63,177 bases of DNA from Candidatus Omnitrophota bacterium (GCA_023247445.1 JAHFGL010000009.1:1-63177), one strand, 5' to 3'; counted from the first letter of the stretch, positions 28,751-38,597 are shown. Notes: generated by a model from the letters alone, not told the origin. A program made the numbers and translations.

Positions 28751-29712
28751 TTTTCCCTCTTAAGTATATTTTTTAAATGACGTAAAAAGTGGATCATCCC
28801 AACCGGGAATAAACTTAATATAATATAAATAAAGATTTTTATAGAAAAAGAATTGTGTTTTAACGCTTTTAGAAAAAAGCCCCTTGCTGTTCTTAAATCA
28901 TCCGTCCAATAACTAAACTGACCAAACTCACAATATATTTGAGCTAATTCATTGTCAGTAAAAATCTTCCCTTGAGCAAATTGATGATATTGTTCAAGAG
29001 CGGCCTTTCTGGCTAAATAATCTTTATCTTTTCCTTTTAAACGATGCTCCCCAACATAATCTCGAGTGATATTGTTTTGGTGCCACCGGTACTTAATTAA
29101 TGGCTCAACCATATATCCCACGTCGTAATGCAAGGAAATCCGAAGCCACATGTCATAATCCTGATTAGATCGAAATCGTTCGTCATATATTCCAACTTGG
29201 TCATGACATTGTTTACGCAGTAGCGCGGCCGAGTGGCAGAGAAAATTTCCTTCCTGAATTAATCGTTTAAAAGCAGTTGTCTTATCAAGGATCGTATCTG
29301 TCTTAGATTGGTTTCCCCAGATGTGACCAATCAATTGTCCCCCCTCATCAATCTTATCAATATCTGAGTAAACAATTCCAGCATACGGATGTGCTTTTAG
29401 AAATTCAACCTTTTTCAATAAATTATTAGGCAGCATAGCATCATCACTGCCGATTATATTAATAAATTCCCCTTGAGCCAAGCTAATACAACGATTCATC
29501 GTCTCAACAATCCCGAGATTCTTTTCATTTTGATAGAAGCGTATGCGCCGATCATTAAAAGATTTTATGATCTCCACAGAAGAATCTGTTGACGCATCAT
29601 CACAAATAATGAGTTCAAAGTCAGTAAATGTTTGCGATAAAACACTCTCGATTAATTCTTTAATAAATTTACTATGATTATAGGAAGGAACACAGACACT
29701 TACTTGCGGCAT
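28747..29712 (-). CDS. family 2 glycosyltransferase
   Basis: VSVCVPSYNHSKFI...CDDASTDSS...GSDDAM motifs. Confidence 0.88.
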   Translation of the reverse strand: MPQVSVCVPSYNHSKFIKELIESVLSQTFTDFELIICDDASTDSSVEIIKSFNDRRIRFYQNEKNLGIVETMNRCISLAQGEFINIIGSDDAMLPNNLLKKVEFLKAHPYAGIVYSDIDKIDEGGQLIGHIWGNQSKTDTILDKTTAFKRLIQEGNFLCHSAALLRKQCHDQVGIYDERFRSNQDYDMWLRISLHYDVGYMVEPLIKYRWHQNNITRDYVGEHRLKGKDKDYLARKAALEQYHQFAQGKIFTDNELAQIYCEFGQFSYWTDDLRTARGFFLKALKHNSFSIKIFIYIILSLFPVGMIHFLRHLKNILKREK

Positions 29713-29828
29713 AGGTTATCTTTTTTATATCGAATGAGGGATACTAAACCAGCCGGCTTAAAAGAAACGTGAGTTAAAAAGACTAAGTCTAGAGTTGTCA
29801 TCATAGGCCAACTTCCTTTTGTCATCTT

Positions 29829-30779
29829 TTAATTCCATTTCGTTTTGAAATATTCTACAGTTTTCTTTAATCCTTCTTCGAAATTGACCGTTGGTTTGTA
29901 TTTAAGAATATTCTTAATTTTTGAAATATTTGCTTCTGTTTTAAAAACATCGCCGGCGCGCTTGGGTAATAATTTTGGTTTAATATTTTTACCCATAATT
30001 TTGTTAAGCACCGCTACCAATTCTAAAACGGTATTATCTTGTCCATTGGCGACATTAAATACTTGATGTTTAATTCCCGGCGTTGTGGCGGCTAACACAT
30101 TAGCTGAGATGACATTTTCAATATAGGTAAAATCTCTAGACTGTTTGCCGTTTCCAAAAATAGGCGGAGGTTCATTGTTCATAATGCAATGGATAAATTT
30201 AGGAATAACAACGGCATATTCATCATCTAAAGCTTGTTTGGGACCAAAAACATTAAAATAACGTAAACATACAGTTTCAATATTAAAATGCTCTGAAAAA
30301 ATTCGGCAATAATACTCTCCTGTTAATTTACTGAGCGCATAAGGCGAAATAAGAAGCGGATAATCTGTTTCTACCTGTGGAAATTTTGTTGTATCACCAT
30401 AAACCGAACTTGATGAAGCAAAAACCAAACGCTTAACTTTCTTTTTGGCGGCAGCCGTAAGCATTGTTAAAACGCCATTAATATTAACATCATTATAACT
30501 GTAGGGATCTTCCATTGATTTTGGTACAGAGCGCAGTGCCGCTTGAAGCGAAATATAATCAATGCCTTCACAGGCCTTTTCACAGGCTGCGCGGTCACGA
30601 ATATCACCTTTGATAAGTTCAAATTTTGTTTTCCCAAATCCTTTTGTAAATTCTAAATTTTCTTTTTTCCCAGAGAAAAAATTATCTAAAACACGGACAT
30701 AATGTCCTTTTTTAATTAGATATTCAGCAATACTGGAGCCAATAAAACCTGCCCCACCTGCGATTAAAAACCGACTCAT
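29829..30779 (-). CDS. NAD-dependent nucleotide-sugar epimerase (UDP-GlcNAc/Glc 4-epimerase-like)
   Basis: GGAGFIGS Rossmann motif, YALSK catalytic motif, extended SDR length. Confidence 0.9.
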   Translation of the reverse strand: MSRFLIAGGAGFIGSSIAEYLIKKGHYVRVLDNFFSGKKENLEFTKGFGKTKFELIKGDIRDRAACEKACEGIDYISLQAALRSVPKSMEDPYSYNDVNINGVLTMLTAAAKKKVKRLVFASSSSVYGDTTKFPQVETDYPLLISPYALSKLTGEYYCRIFSEHFNIETVCLRYFNVFGPKQALDDEYAVVIPKFIHCIMNNEPPPIFGNGKQSRDFTYIENVISANVLAATTPGIKHQVFNVANGQDNTVLELVAVLNKIMGKNIKPKLLPKRAGDVFKTEANISKIKNILKYKPTVNFEEGLKKTVEYFKTKWN

Positions 30780-30794
30780 AAATTTCCTTTCTTA

Positions 30795-31583
30795 TTATAG
30801 ATATCTATAAATGTATTCAGGTAAATGATACTCAATATTTGTAAGGACATGTCCTAGAATTTTTGAATGCGATTGTGTTAATAGTTCCTCCGCACGTTTG
30901 ACAATCCCACGTTGTGTCCGTCCGGCTTGAATAACCATAAAGACACCTTCTGTCTGGGCGCCAATAATTCCAGAATCTGTTACAGGAATAATCGGGGGGG
31001 TATCAATCAAAACAAATTCAAATTTACTTTTCATATCAGATATAAATTTCTTCATCGCATCTGAAGCTAAAAGTTCAGCTGGGTTATCAGGAACAGCCCC
31101 ACAAGCCATAAAGGCTAAATTGTCATATTCCTTGACATTAAACATTACATCTTCAATTGTGGCTTTGCCGCTTAAAACCTCTGTTAATCCAACGGGTTGA
31201 CTTACACCAAGATATTTGGCCAGACGACCGCGTCTTAAATCAGCATCAATTAAAACGACCTTGGGTTTAATAACAGCCTGCGCCATCGAAATCGCTAAAT
31301 TTAAGGATGTAACGGTCTTCCCTTCCGAATGCAAAGAGCTCGTGATAACAAATACATGTGGCGGCTTTCCTTTATTCATTGAAAGGATATTCGTACGCAG
31401 AATTTTATATTGCTCCGTAATTAGCGCCTTAGGATCAAAATGAGCAACAATCGAGGCATCCACTTTAGACTCACCAACTTTCTTAACAATGAATGGATCG
31501 CGATCCTCTATTTTTGAAATTTTTTCAATACGACTAAATCGTTCTTCAGCCGCTTTCTTAAGAGCATTGGTAATTTTTCCCAT
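30795..31583 (-). CDS. BY-kinase-type tyrosine autokinase / chain-length co-polymerase ATPase
   Basis: Walker A SLHSEGKT, Walker A-prime VLIDADLRRG, Walker B VLIDTPP, and a Tyr-rich tail EYHLPEYIYRYL. Confidence 0.85.
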   Translation of the reverse strand: MGKITNALKKAAEERFSRIEKISKIEDRDPFIVKKVGESKVDASIVAHFDPKALITEQYKILRTNILSMNKGKPPHVFVITSSLHSEGKTVTSLNLAISMAQAVIKPKVVLIDADLRRGRLAKYLGVSQPVGLTEVLSGKATIEDVMFNVKEYDNLAFMACGAVPDNPAELLASDAMKKFISDMKSKFEFVLIDTPPIIPVTDSGIIGAQTEGVFMVIQAGRTQRGIVKRAEELLTQSHSKILGHVLTNIEYHLPEYIYRYL

Positions 31584-31657
31584 GATTAAATATCCCTTCC
31601 TAGTTGTATTAATTAATTCTTAAAATCTTTGATTACATCATTAAAAAAACGAACAAT

Positions 31658-32512
31658 TTAAACTGAAGCCTCTAGCTTCTTTTTTACATCTGTGATGCCA
31701 CCAATTTGCGTCATAGGTGATTCACCAATGACTTCAGTAATCAACGCCTTATCAATTTCTGGTTTTTCATAAATATATCCTGATAATAATGCGCTGTCAC
31801 AAATCTGATTGACGATCCGAGGAACTCCTCGGCTGAATTGACAAATTAAATCAAGAGCCTCATCGGTAAAAAATTTCCGATCTGATCCACTGGCAACTTT
31901 CAATCGATGCTCAATATAATCTTTTGTGTCTTCTCTATTTAACGGGGTTAATTGAAAAAATACGGCAATCCGCTGACGTAACTGTTCCAACTTTGGCAAA
32001 GCTAATTTCGCTTTTAATTCTGGTTGTCCGATAAAAAGAATTTGGATGAGTTTTTCATTTTCTGTTTCTAAATTTGATAACATGCGAACTTCTTCTAAGA
32101 CGGATGGACTTAAGTTCTGCGCTTCATCAATGATTAAAACCACATTATTATCCCGACGCAATTGTTCGATTAAATAACCATTAAGCTGAGCATGCAATTT
32201 CGCCTTTGATCCCGGCTCATACTCGACTTCTAGATCATCTAAAATCGTCATCAAAAGATCTTTGCCACTCATATGGGTGTTGGTAATAAGGGCGACTTGC
32301 GTCCTGGTGTCTAATTTATTAAGAAGGGCACGACAAACGGTTGTCTTCCCAGATCCGATGTCCCCGGTAATGACCACAAAACCTTTACGCTCTTTGATGG
32401 CATAAAGTAGCGTGCTCAAAGCCTCGGTATGCTTACTGCTCGAGAAAAAGAACTTCGAATTGGGTGTTAAATTAAAAGGCGGCTCTTTAAATCCATAAAA
32501 ATTGTAATACAT
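31658..32512 (-). CDS. ExeA-like AAA ATPase (PEP-CTERM locus secretion ATPase type)
   Basis: VVITGDIGSGKTT Walker A and LIIDEAQNL Walker B. Position between the Wzz-like and kinase genes matches described PEP-CTERM loci. Confidence 0.85.
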   Translation of the reverse strand: MYYNFYGFKEPPFNLTPNSKFFFSSSKHTEALSTLLYAIKERKGFVVITGDIGSGKTTVCRALLNKLDTRTQVALITNTHMSGKDLLMTILDDLEVEYEPGSKAKLHAQLNGYLIEQLRRDNNVVLIIDEAQNLSPSVLEEVRMLSNLETENEKLIQILFIGQPELKAKLALPKLEQLRQRIAVFFQLTPLNREDTKDYIEHRLKVASGSDRKFFTDEALDLICQFSRGVPRIVNQICDSALLSGYIYEKPEIDKALITEVIGESPMTQIGGITDVKKKLEASV

Positions 32513-32532
32513 TCAAACACCTCTTTATAAAA

Positions 32533-33828
32533 TTAGCGGATAAAATTCATAATCGCTGTTGTTAAAATAACAGTGATACCCCCCGCAATAACCACCAAAC
32601 TATAAAACCATCCCAGCCGTTCCCGTTCCATTTGGATGCTATGCTGAGTATTAATTTTTGATATCGCCCCTAAAAGCGGCATACCTAAAAAGTTTTTAGC
32701 TTCTTCAACATCAATAAAAGATTTATCTAAGAATTCAGCTGCGACAACTAATCCAAAACCAATTAACCCACCGGCGAATAATCCCATTAGAGCAACAAGG
32801 ATTTTATTAGGTTTAATCGGACTTAAGGGAATACGGGGAGGATCTAAAACAGTGTATCTGGTTCCTTCTTTGGAAGATTGTAATCGTTGTGTTATTTTGG
32901 CTGTTTCCAATCGTTGTAAAAGCGTATTGTAAATCTGTGTATTAACATCCACATCCCGGGCCATGACACCATCAAGTCTGTCAATGAGCATGACCTTATA
33001 CAAATCTTTTTCAGTACCTTCGGCTTTGGTTTGAGACGCCTTAACTGATCCGCCACCTTCGATTTTATCTAAAGCGGTTTTAATTTCATCGATAATTCTA
33101 TTCGTCGACTGTGTGGCTAAGTGACTACTTTTGGTATACTCTAAATTTTCCTTTTTCAATTCTTCCTTCTTAGCCGCGATCTGCTCTCGTAATTGTTTTA
33201 CGCGAGGATGTTCATCTGTTGAATCGACCAAGAGCGCATCGAGCGCATCTTGCAGCTTAGCAATTTCGGCAGATTTGATTTTACCTTGATAAAGCTTTAA
33301 TTGTTCTTCAATAAAAGTGATGGCATCTGATGTTTCTTTATTTTGGACATCAACGTTTCTTTCAATAAAGATTTCAGCGACATTACGGACGACTGCTTGA
33401 GTTTTCTCTGGGGTATCGCCAATATAAGAAAGCTCAATAATATTCTGTCCTTTTAATTTGATAATAATATCTTTTCTAATTCCTAAAATCGCCGCCTCTA
33501 ATTCTTGCGGAGTTTTAATATCTTGATCCATATTTAAGCGTCGGACTAAAGTGACAAGACTATTCCACCCAAGCATCGATTCTCGGATGCCCGCCATTCT
33601 TTGCATAATGGTACTTGAAACAGCAAGTTTATCAAAAAGAGGGTTATCACTTTTACCTTCTTCGATCAGAAGAATCGTGGATGAAAGATATTTTTTAGGG
33701 AGAATAATTCCCATGCAGACGCCTAAAATTAACCCTGCATATAAAGGAACAAGGAACAAATCTTTGCGGCGGAAAAATATTTTCAAGAAATTCATCGGTG
33801 TCAAAGGAGTTTGTGTTGATTCCATCAT
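32533..33828 (-). CDS. Wzz-type chain-length determinant protein
   Basis: N- and C-terminal TM helices flank a coiled-coil periplasmic region. The track ORF begins at a TTG (33864); the first ATG pair is at 33828/33825. Confidence 0.8.
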   Translation of the reverse strand: MMESTQTPLTPMNFLKIFFRRKDLFLVPLYAGLILGVCMGIILPKKYLSSTILLIEEGKSDNPLFDKLAVSSTIMQRMAGIRESMLGWNSLVTLVRRLNMDQDIKTPQELEAAILGIRKDIIIKLKGQNIIELSYIGDTPEKTQAVVRNVAEIFIERNVDVQNKETSDAITFIEEQLKLYQGKIKSAEIAKLQDALDALLVDSTDEHPRVKQLREQIAAKKEELKKENLEYTKSSHLATQSTNRIIDEIKTALDKIEGGGSVKASQTKAEGTEKDLYKVMLIDRLDGVMARDVDVNTQIYNTLLQRLETAKITQRLQSSKEGTRYTVLDPPRIPLSPIKPNKILVALMGLFAGGLIGFGLVVAAEFLDKSFIDVEEAKNFLGMPLLGAISKINTQHSIQMERERLGWFYSLVVIAGGITVILTTAIMNFIR

Positions 33829-33880
33829 GATCAGTATTTCCTTTCTGCTAAAAATTGCTAACAACTAAAATTAAAGAAGA

Positions 33881-34732
33881 TTAAAATCCACCCGTGTATA
33901 CGGTTCGTGCTGTACCGGCCGCTGTTCCAACTGGGGTTGCGACTGGTTGTATGACACGCATCGCTTTTGCCATAAGTGTCGGCGGAACATATAATGTGTC
34001 GCCTGGTTTCATAACTAAATTTTCTCTTAAATCTCCTTCAATGAGTAATTTATGGATATTGACATTGCGCTGAGCAGCCTTGCCACTCATCGATGGTGTA
34101 ATCAAACTCCCTTTGGGTGTATTAGCACTTAATAGAGGTAACCCCGATTGCACTAGTGCTTCGCGGACAGTGATTGTGTCACCACGCATATAAATTTTTC
34201 CTGGGCCAGCAACTTCGCCAATAACATAAACAACTTTGCTATTATAGCCTGAAATTTTAATCGTAACATCGGGAGATATGATATATTTTGACAATAATTT
34301 TTTGACAATTTCTGTGGTTTCTTTCTTAGTCTTTCCAACCAAAGGAACATCGCCTACAAATTCATATTGAATATTTCCTTCATTATTAATCGCGTATTGT
34401 CCTGTTAACTCTGGATGACGAGCTACCGCAATATCAATCACATCATTAATACCAAAAGTGTAGGTACTTGGAGTTTCTAAACTGTTGTTAGCCATCGCTA
34501 AGTTATTAGGAATGCCTGCTTCAGCTAAAATTTTATCTGGGTCAATTTCTTCGGAGGTTGTTTTAACAGATGAAACGGTGTCATCTTGAACGGATGTTTC
34601 TGCGGCTGTCTCTGACACTAATTGATTTGGATTAGTGTTGGCATAATTTTGCGCGCTAGCAACACTTAATGGCAAACACAGCAGACCTACAATAATTATT
34701 AGTCTTAGTAATGTTAATCTTTTCATTTTCAA
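33881..34732 (-). CDS. Wza-type polysaccharide export protein
   Basis: Signal peptide, Poly_export-like YTFGINDVIDIAV and an SLBB-like segment (PGKIYMRGDTITVREAL). The track start is a TTG; the ATG at 34726 is an alternative. Confidence 0.85.
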   Translation of the reverse strand: MKMKRLTLLRLIIIVGLLCLPLSVASAQNYANTNPNQLVSETAAETSVQDDTVSSVKTTSEEIDPDKILAEAGIPNNLAMANNSLETPSTYTFGINDVIDIAVARHPELTGQYAINNEGNIQYEFVGDVPLVGKTKKETTEIVKKLLSKYIISPDVTIKISGYNSKVVYVIGEVAGPGKIYMRGDTITVREALVQSGLPLLSANTPKGSLITPSMSGKAAQRNVNIHKLLIEGDLRENLVMKPGDTLYVPPTLMAKAMRVIQPVATPVGTAAGTARTVYTGGF

Positions 34733-34766
34733 ATGACTCCCTTATAATTTATTAAATTGGCCTAGA

Positions 34767-34955
34767 TTAGAATTCAACAACAGTTTCACGAAACTGTCGG
34801 ATATGGTCAAGATCTTTTTCATCATAAAAGCGCCAACCTCGCCAATCTCTTTTGGCCTTTCGGACTTTTCCTACTTTTTCCCATCGAACGATGGTTTTGG
34901 GACTGATCCCAACAACATCAGCAACTTCTGTAATTGTCATTCTCCGATTACTCAC
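34767..34955 (-). CDS. small MerR/excisionase-type HTH DNA-binding protein
   Basis: MTITEVADVVGISPKTIVRWEKVGKV HTH. GTG start preceded by AAGGAGG. First cistron after the sigma-54 promoter. Confidence 0.7.
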   Translation of the reverse strand: MSNRRMTITEVADVVGISPKTIVRWEKVGKVRKAKRDWRGWRFYDEKDLDHIRQFRETVVEF

Positions 34956-35040
34956 TTGGCCTTCCTCCTTATTATATGTAATGCTTACGATTTTTTTCTT
35001 TTTATTCCATTTTCATCGAAAACGGATACCATTTTAAGAA

Positions 35041-35055
35041 GCAATTACCATGCCA
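35041..35055 (-). promoter_or_regulatory. sigma-54 (-24/-12) promoter of the export/EPS operon
   Basis: Minus strand reads TGGCAT-GGTAA-TTGCT against consensus TGGCAC-N5-TTGCW. It lies about 86 nt upstream of the GTG at 34955. Confidence 0.65.
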
Positions 35056-35384
35056 TCTATTAAAATGGCAAAATTAAATTTATCTAAGAAGCAGTAAATA
35101 GTTACAGATAAACAACTTACACAAAACAATGTTAAACCTGTCAAACTCTTTCGAGACAAAGCAGACATGGGATGATGTTTAAAAGAATGAACAGCTTTGT
35201 CTGGGACACACCAGGACAATCACGGAAAACACACTCTATCAACAAGTTAAACATATGTCGAGTTTTATCATCAAATAACCGAATCTTTATCATTGGTAGG
35301 GCCGCCAACTTTTTACATGGTCTGGCGGGTTGCGCATCAGAAAAAAATTTGGCAATTATCAATAGTATGGTATACTTTTTGCGT

Positions 35385-36752
35385 ATGAAGATAAAATTAA
35401 CGCCCCAACAAATTCAAAAACCAATTTTAGCCCCCTCGATGCAGCAATCAATCGAGGTGCTGATGCTTCCCCTTGCGGAATTAAGTATAAATATTGAAAA
35501 AGAACTCCAAGAGAACCCTCTTTTAGAAATTGATGAAGAAAAAACGGCCAAAGAACAACAACAAATCGATCAAATTGTAAATTTTAATTTAAGAAACGCC
35601 ATCGAAAATCCAAGAGGATCTACAAAAGATATTACAGAAGAAGATCACGAGCTAGAGGAACGGCCCATTACAAAAGCAACGACATTAGAAGAAGATTTGT
35701 TGCGGCAGTTACGAATCGAAATAACAGCCCCCCTAACCTTAAAAATTGGTGAGTTCATTGTAGGAAATTTAGATGAAAATGGTTATTTAAATTTAACCTG
35801 CGAAGAAATTGCCCAAATCCTTGAAGTCCCCGATGTCACAATTGTTGAAGAGGTATTAAAAACCATACAAAATTTTGAACCACTTGGAGTCGCTTCCCGA
35901 AATCTACAGGAATGCTTACTAACCCAAGTCAATTATAAATTTAATGGCGAAAGTCAATTAATTGTTCAAACGATTATCAATCATATGGAAGATTTGGGAC
36001 ACAAACGATATCATCACATTGCTAAAACGTTAAAAACATCCATTGATAGAGTTAAAGAAATTGCAAAAATTATTGCCGCGCTGGAACCCAACCCGGCACG
36101 AAATTATCGTCCTATCCATGCCAATATTTATATTAAACCAGATGTGACCATCTTTACTGATGAAAATGGTCAATACAATATCCAGATTAATCGCGATAGC
36201 GTCCCTCATTTACGGATCAATTCTTTTTATCAACAGATGCTCAAACAACCTAACCGGACAAAAGAAGAAACAGATTTTATTAGAGAAAAAATTAAAAACG
36301 CCTTGTTATTTATGCGCAGCATTGAGCAACGGCATCAAACCATTAAAGAAATTGCCAAATATATTGTGAATCACCAAAAAGATTTCTTTGAGCAAGGTCC
36401 CGTGGCCCTAAAACCACTAATCTTAAAGGACATTGCTCAGGTCATTAATCGCAACGAATCAACTGTCTGCCGAGCGATTAATAATAAATACATGGATACA
36501 CCGCAGGGATTATTGCCGATGAAGTTTTTCTTTTCTCAATCTTTACCACAGGAAGGAAGTGACGCGGTGTCCAATCGAAGCATTAAAGAAGATCTTAAAA
36601 CCTTCATTGAAGAAGAAGATAAAAACCGTCCTCTATCTGATCAAGAGATTCAACAACGATTTAAGAATAGAGGAATGACAATCGCCCGCCGCACCATTAG
36701 TAAATATCGACAAACTCTGCACATCCAACCTTCTCATTTACGAAAAATATAA
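35385..36752 (+). CDS. rpoN: RNA polymerase sigma-54 factor
   Basis: Region I (MKIKLTPQQIQKPILAPSMQQSIEVLMLPLAEL), a core-binding region, and the C-terminal RpoN box (ARRTISKYRQ). The start at 35385 aligns with the canonical RpoN N-terminus. The longer track ORF (35172) adds a non-homologous extension. Confidence 0.93.
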   Translation: MKIKLTPQQIQKPILAPSMQQSIEVLMLPLAELSINIEKELQENPLLEIDEEKTAKEQQQIDQIVNFNLRNAIENPRGSTKDITEEDHELEERPITKATTLEEDLLRQLRIEITAPLTLKIGEFIVGNLDENGYLNLTCEEIAQILEVPDVTIVEEVLKTIQNFEPLGVASRNLQECLLTQVNYKFNGESQLIVQTIINHMEDLGHKRYHHIAKTLKTSIDRVKEIAKIIAALEPNPARNYRPIHANIYIKPDVTIFTDENGQYNIQINRDSVPHLRINSFYQQMLKQPNRTKEETDFIREKIKNALLFMRSIEQRHQTIKEIAKYIVNHQKDFFEQGPVALKPLILKDIAQVINRNESTVCRAINNKYMDTPQGLLPMKFFFSQSLPQEGSDAVSNRSIKEDLKTFIEEEDKNRPLSDQEIQQRFKNRGMTIARRTISKYRQTLHIQPSHLRKI

Positions 36753-36803
36753 ATTAAAATAGGTAGTAGAATAATTTTATTGGTGGGATTGTATGGCGCT
36801 AGA

Positions 36804-37163
36804 CTAATTGTTTAAACGATTGTAATCATCTTCTAGCCGAATAATATCCTCTTCAGAAAGATGTTCACCGCAGGCAACTTCAATAAATACAAGACTATCT
36901 TTTCCTACGTTGGCAATACGGTGGACAGCGCCAACCGGGACATCAACAACCGATCCCGCGCCAACTTTAATATCTTTTCCATCGATGGTAACCAACCCTT
37001 GGCCAGCGACAATATTCCATTTTTCCGAGCGATGCTGATGCTTTTGTAGACTAAGTCGGGCCCCGGGATTAACCTCAACGCGCTTAACCCACACCCCAGC
37101 TTCTTCTAAAAATTTGATGTAAAATCCCCACGGCCTATGTGAATAATTAATTTTGATATCCAT
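36804..37163 (-). CDS. cupin-domain protein (mannose-6-phosphate isomerase type II C-terminal-like)
   Basis: RPWGFY...KRVEVNPGARLSLQKHQHRSEKW...VPVGAVHRIAN cupin motifs. Confidence 0.75.
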   Translation of the reverse strand: MDIKINYSHRPWGFYIKFLEEAGVWVKRVEVNPGARLSLQKHQHRSEKWNIVAGQGLVTIDGKDIKVGAGSVVDVPVGAVHRIANVGKDSLVFIEVACGEHLSEEDIIRLEDDYNRLNN

Positions 37164-37170
37164 ATTTTCC

Positions 37171-37842
37171 CTAGTATGCCAGATTTTCTAAAATTTTCCT
37201 AGTAGAAAAAGCGAATTCCCGTTTAAAAAGCTCTTGATGTAATCGCTTAAGCGATGCCAAATCATCAACATCTTCTTGTTCTTTGAGTAAATAAACAGAT
37301 TGTTTCAGCTCTTTAATGTTTTGACGCGTTTGTCTTAAAACGGCCCCGCTGCTCCACTTAATTTTTTGAAAAATCTGTTGATGAGGATTTCGCAAACCAA
37401 TCAAATAATATCCGCCATCACACGCAGGTCCAATGACATAATCATGTTCGTTAAGCTTATCGAAAGCGCCAACGATATCAGCTGTGGTAAGAGTCAAACA
37501 GTCTGTTCCAATAATAACAATGCGCTCAAATCCTTTTTTTCGACAATCGTTCGCGGCATTAAACATCCTTTCACCTAAATCTATTCCTTGCTGCTCTTGA
37601 AGATGAAACCTATCCTTAAATTGGCTCAGGAAAGGCGTTATATTATCGGTTGCTGCACAATAGATTAACCGTTCGTCACAGTTAGCTTCTAAAGCAATCG
37701 TCAAAACATCTTTAATAAAAGCTTGATACAATTGCGTGACGACTGGCACAGAGAGACTCTTAAGCAGCCGCGTCTTAACCTCACCATCTTTTGGTTCCCG
37801 GGCAAAAACAATTAAGGCTGATTTATCTTTCTTTATTTTCAC
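37171..37842 (-). CDS. DUF2064-family nucleotidyl/glycosyltransferase-like protein
   Basis: ALIVFAREPKDGEVKTRL N-terminus and IGTDCL...DGGYYLIG, characteristic of DUF2064. GTG start. Confidence 0.7.
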   Translation of the reverse strand: MKIKKDKSALIVFAREPKDGEVKTRLLKSLSVPVVTQLYQAFIKDVLTIALEANCDERLIYCAATDNITPFLSQFKDRFHLQEQQGIDLGERMFNAANDCRKKGFERIVIIGTDCLTLTTADIVGAFDKLNEHDYVIGPACDGGYYLIGLRNPHQQIFQKIKWSSGAVLRQTRQNIKELKQSVYLLKEQEDVDDLASLKRLHQELFKREFAFSTRKILENLAY

Positions 37843-37883
37843 TGGATTATCATTTTAAAATACCGGTTAGATCTTTATATAAT

Positions 37884-38597
37884 CTACTGATGCTTACGAA
37901 ATTTATATTTAAAAATAGTCCTCAATATTTTCTCGCTCGCTAGAATGGTTCCCTTAATCGTTCCTGATATTTTAGAATGACCAATGCGTTTTCGATAATC
38001 AACAGGCACTTCTTTTATCTTTAAACCTTTCTCTATCACTTTGATTTGCATTTCAATGGTCCAACCAAAATTTGTATCAGTCATATTTATTTTTTTTAAA
38101 GCGGAAAATTTAATCGCACGAAATGGCCCTAAATCCGTATAAGAAGCGTGCCAAAATTGCTTCATCAAGAAACAGGCCAGCTTATTGCCCCAAAAAGCCT
38201 GTGGTGTCATGGCACCCTCTTCTCTTTTTCCTAAAGCCCTGGATCCAAGAACAAAATCATAGTCGTCATAAATAATAGGACTTATGATGCGCTCTAACTG
38301 TTCGCCATGATCACTATAATCACCGTCAATAAAAACGACAATATCAGTTTGTGGATTTAAAGCCGCTATTCCTGCCAGGCACGCCTGCCCATAACCACGC
38401 TTGGGTTCATCAATGACACGACAACCTAACTCTCGAGCCACACGAGCCGTTTGATCTGTGCTGGCGTTATTGACAACGATAATTTCTTTAATCAAAGCTT
38501 TGGGTAAGTCGGCAACAACTTTGGGAAGCGATAATTCTTCGTTAAAGGCGGGAATGATAACACAAATAAGTGGAGGCCTCTCTGGCTGATTCAGCAT
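37884..38597 (-). CDS. family 2 glycosyltransferase (dolichyl-phosphate-sugar synthase-like)
   Basis: VIIPAFNEE...NNASTDQT...DGDYSD motifs. ATG at 38597; the track start one codon earlier is a TTG. Confidence 0.85.
   Translation of the reverse strand: MLNQPERPPLICVIIPAFNEELSLPKVVADLPKALIKEIIVVNNASTDQTARVARELGCRVIDEPKRGYGQACLAGIAALNPQTDIVVFIDGDYSDHGEQLERIISPIIYDDYDFVLGSRALGKREEGAMTPQAFWGNKLACFLMKQFWHASYTDLGPFRAIKFSALKKINMTDTNFGWTIEMQIKVIEKGLKIKEVPVDYRKRIGHSKISGTIKGTILASEKILRTIFKYKFRKHQ

Noticed and set aside
35368-35383. Plus-strand TGGTATACTTTTTGCG, a sigma-54 -24/-12-like motif with correct spacing ending 2 nt before the rpoN ATG
   Set aside because: A transcript initiated from it would start inside the rpoN coding region, and the 35385 start aligns with canonical RpoN region I. 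It therefore cannot be the rpoN promoter. It might be an autoregulatory sigma-54 binding site, but with a single occurrence I treat it as possible coincidence.
35172-35384. 71-codon N-terminal extension of rpoN in the ORF track
   Set aside because: The extension has no similarity to RpoN and overlaps the divergent control region. The canonical region I begins at the Met encoded at 35385.
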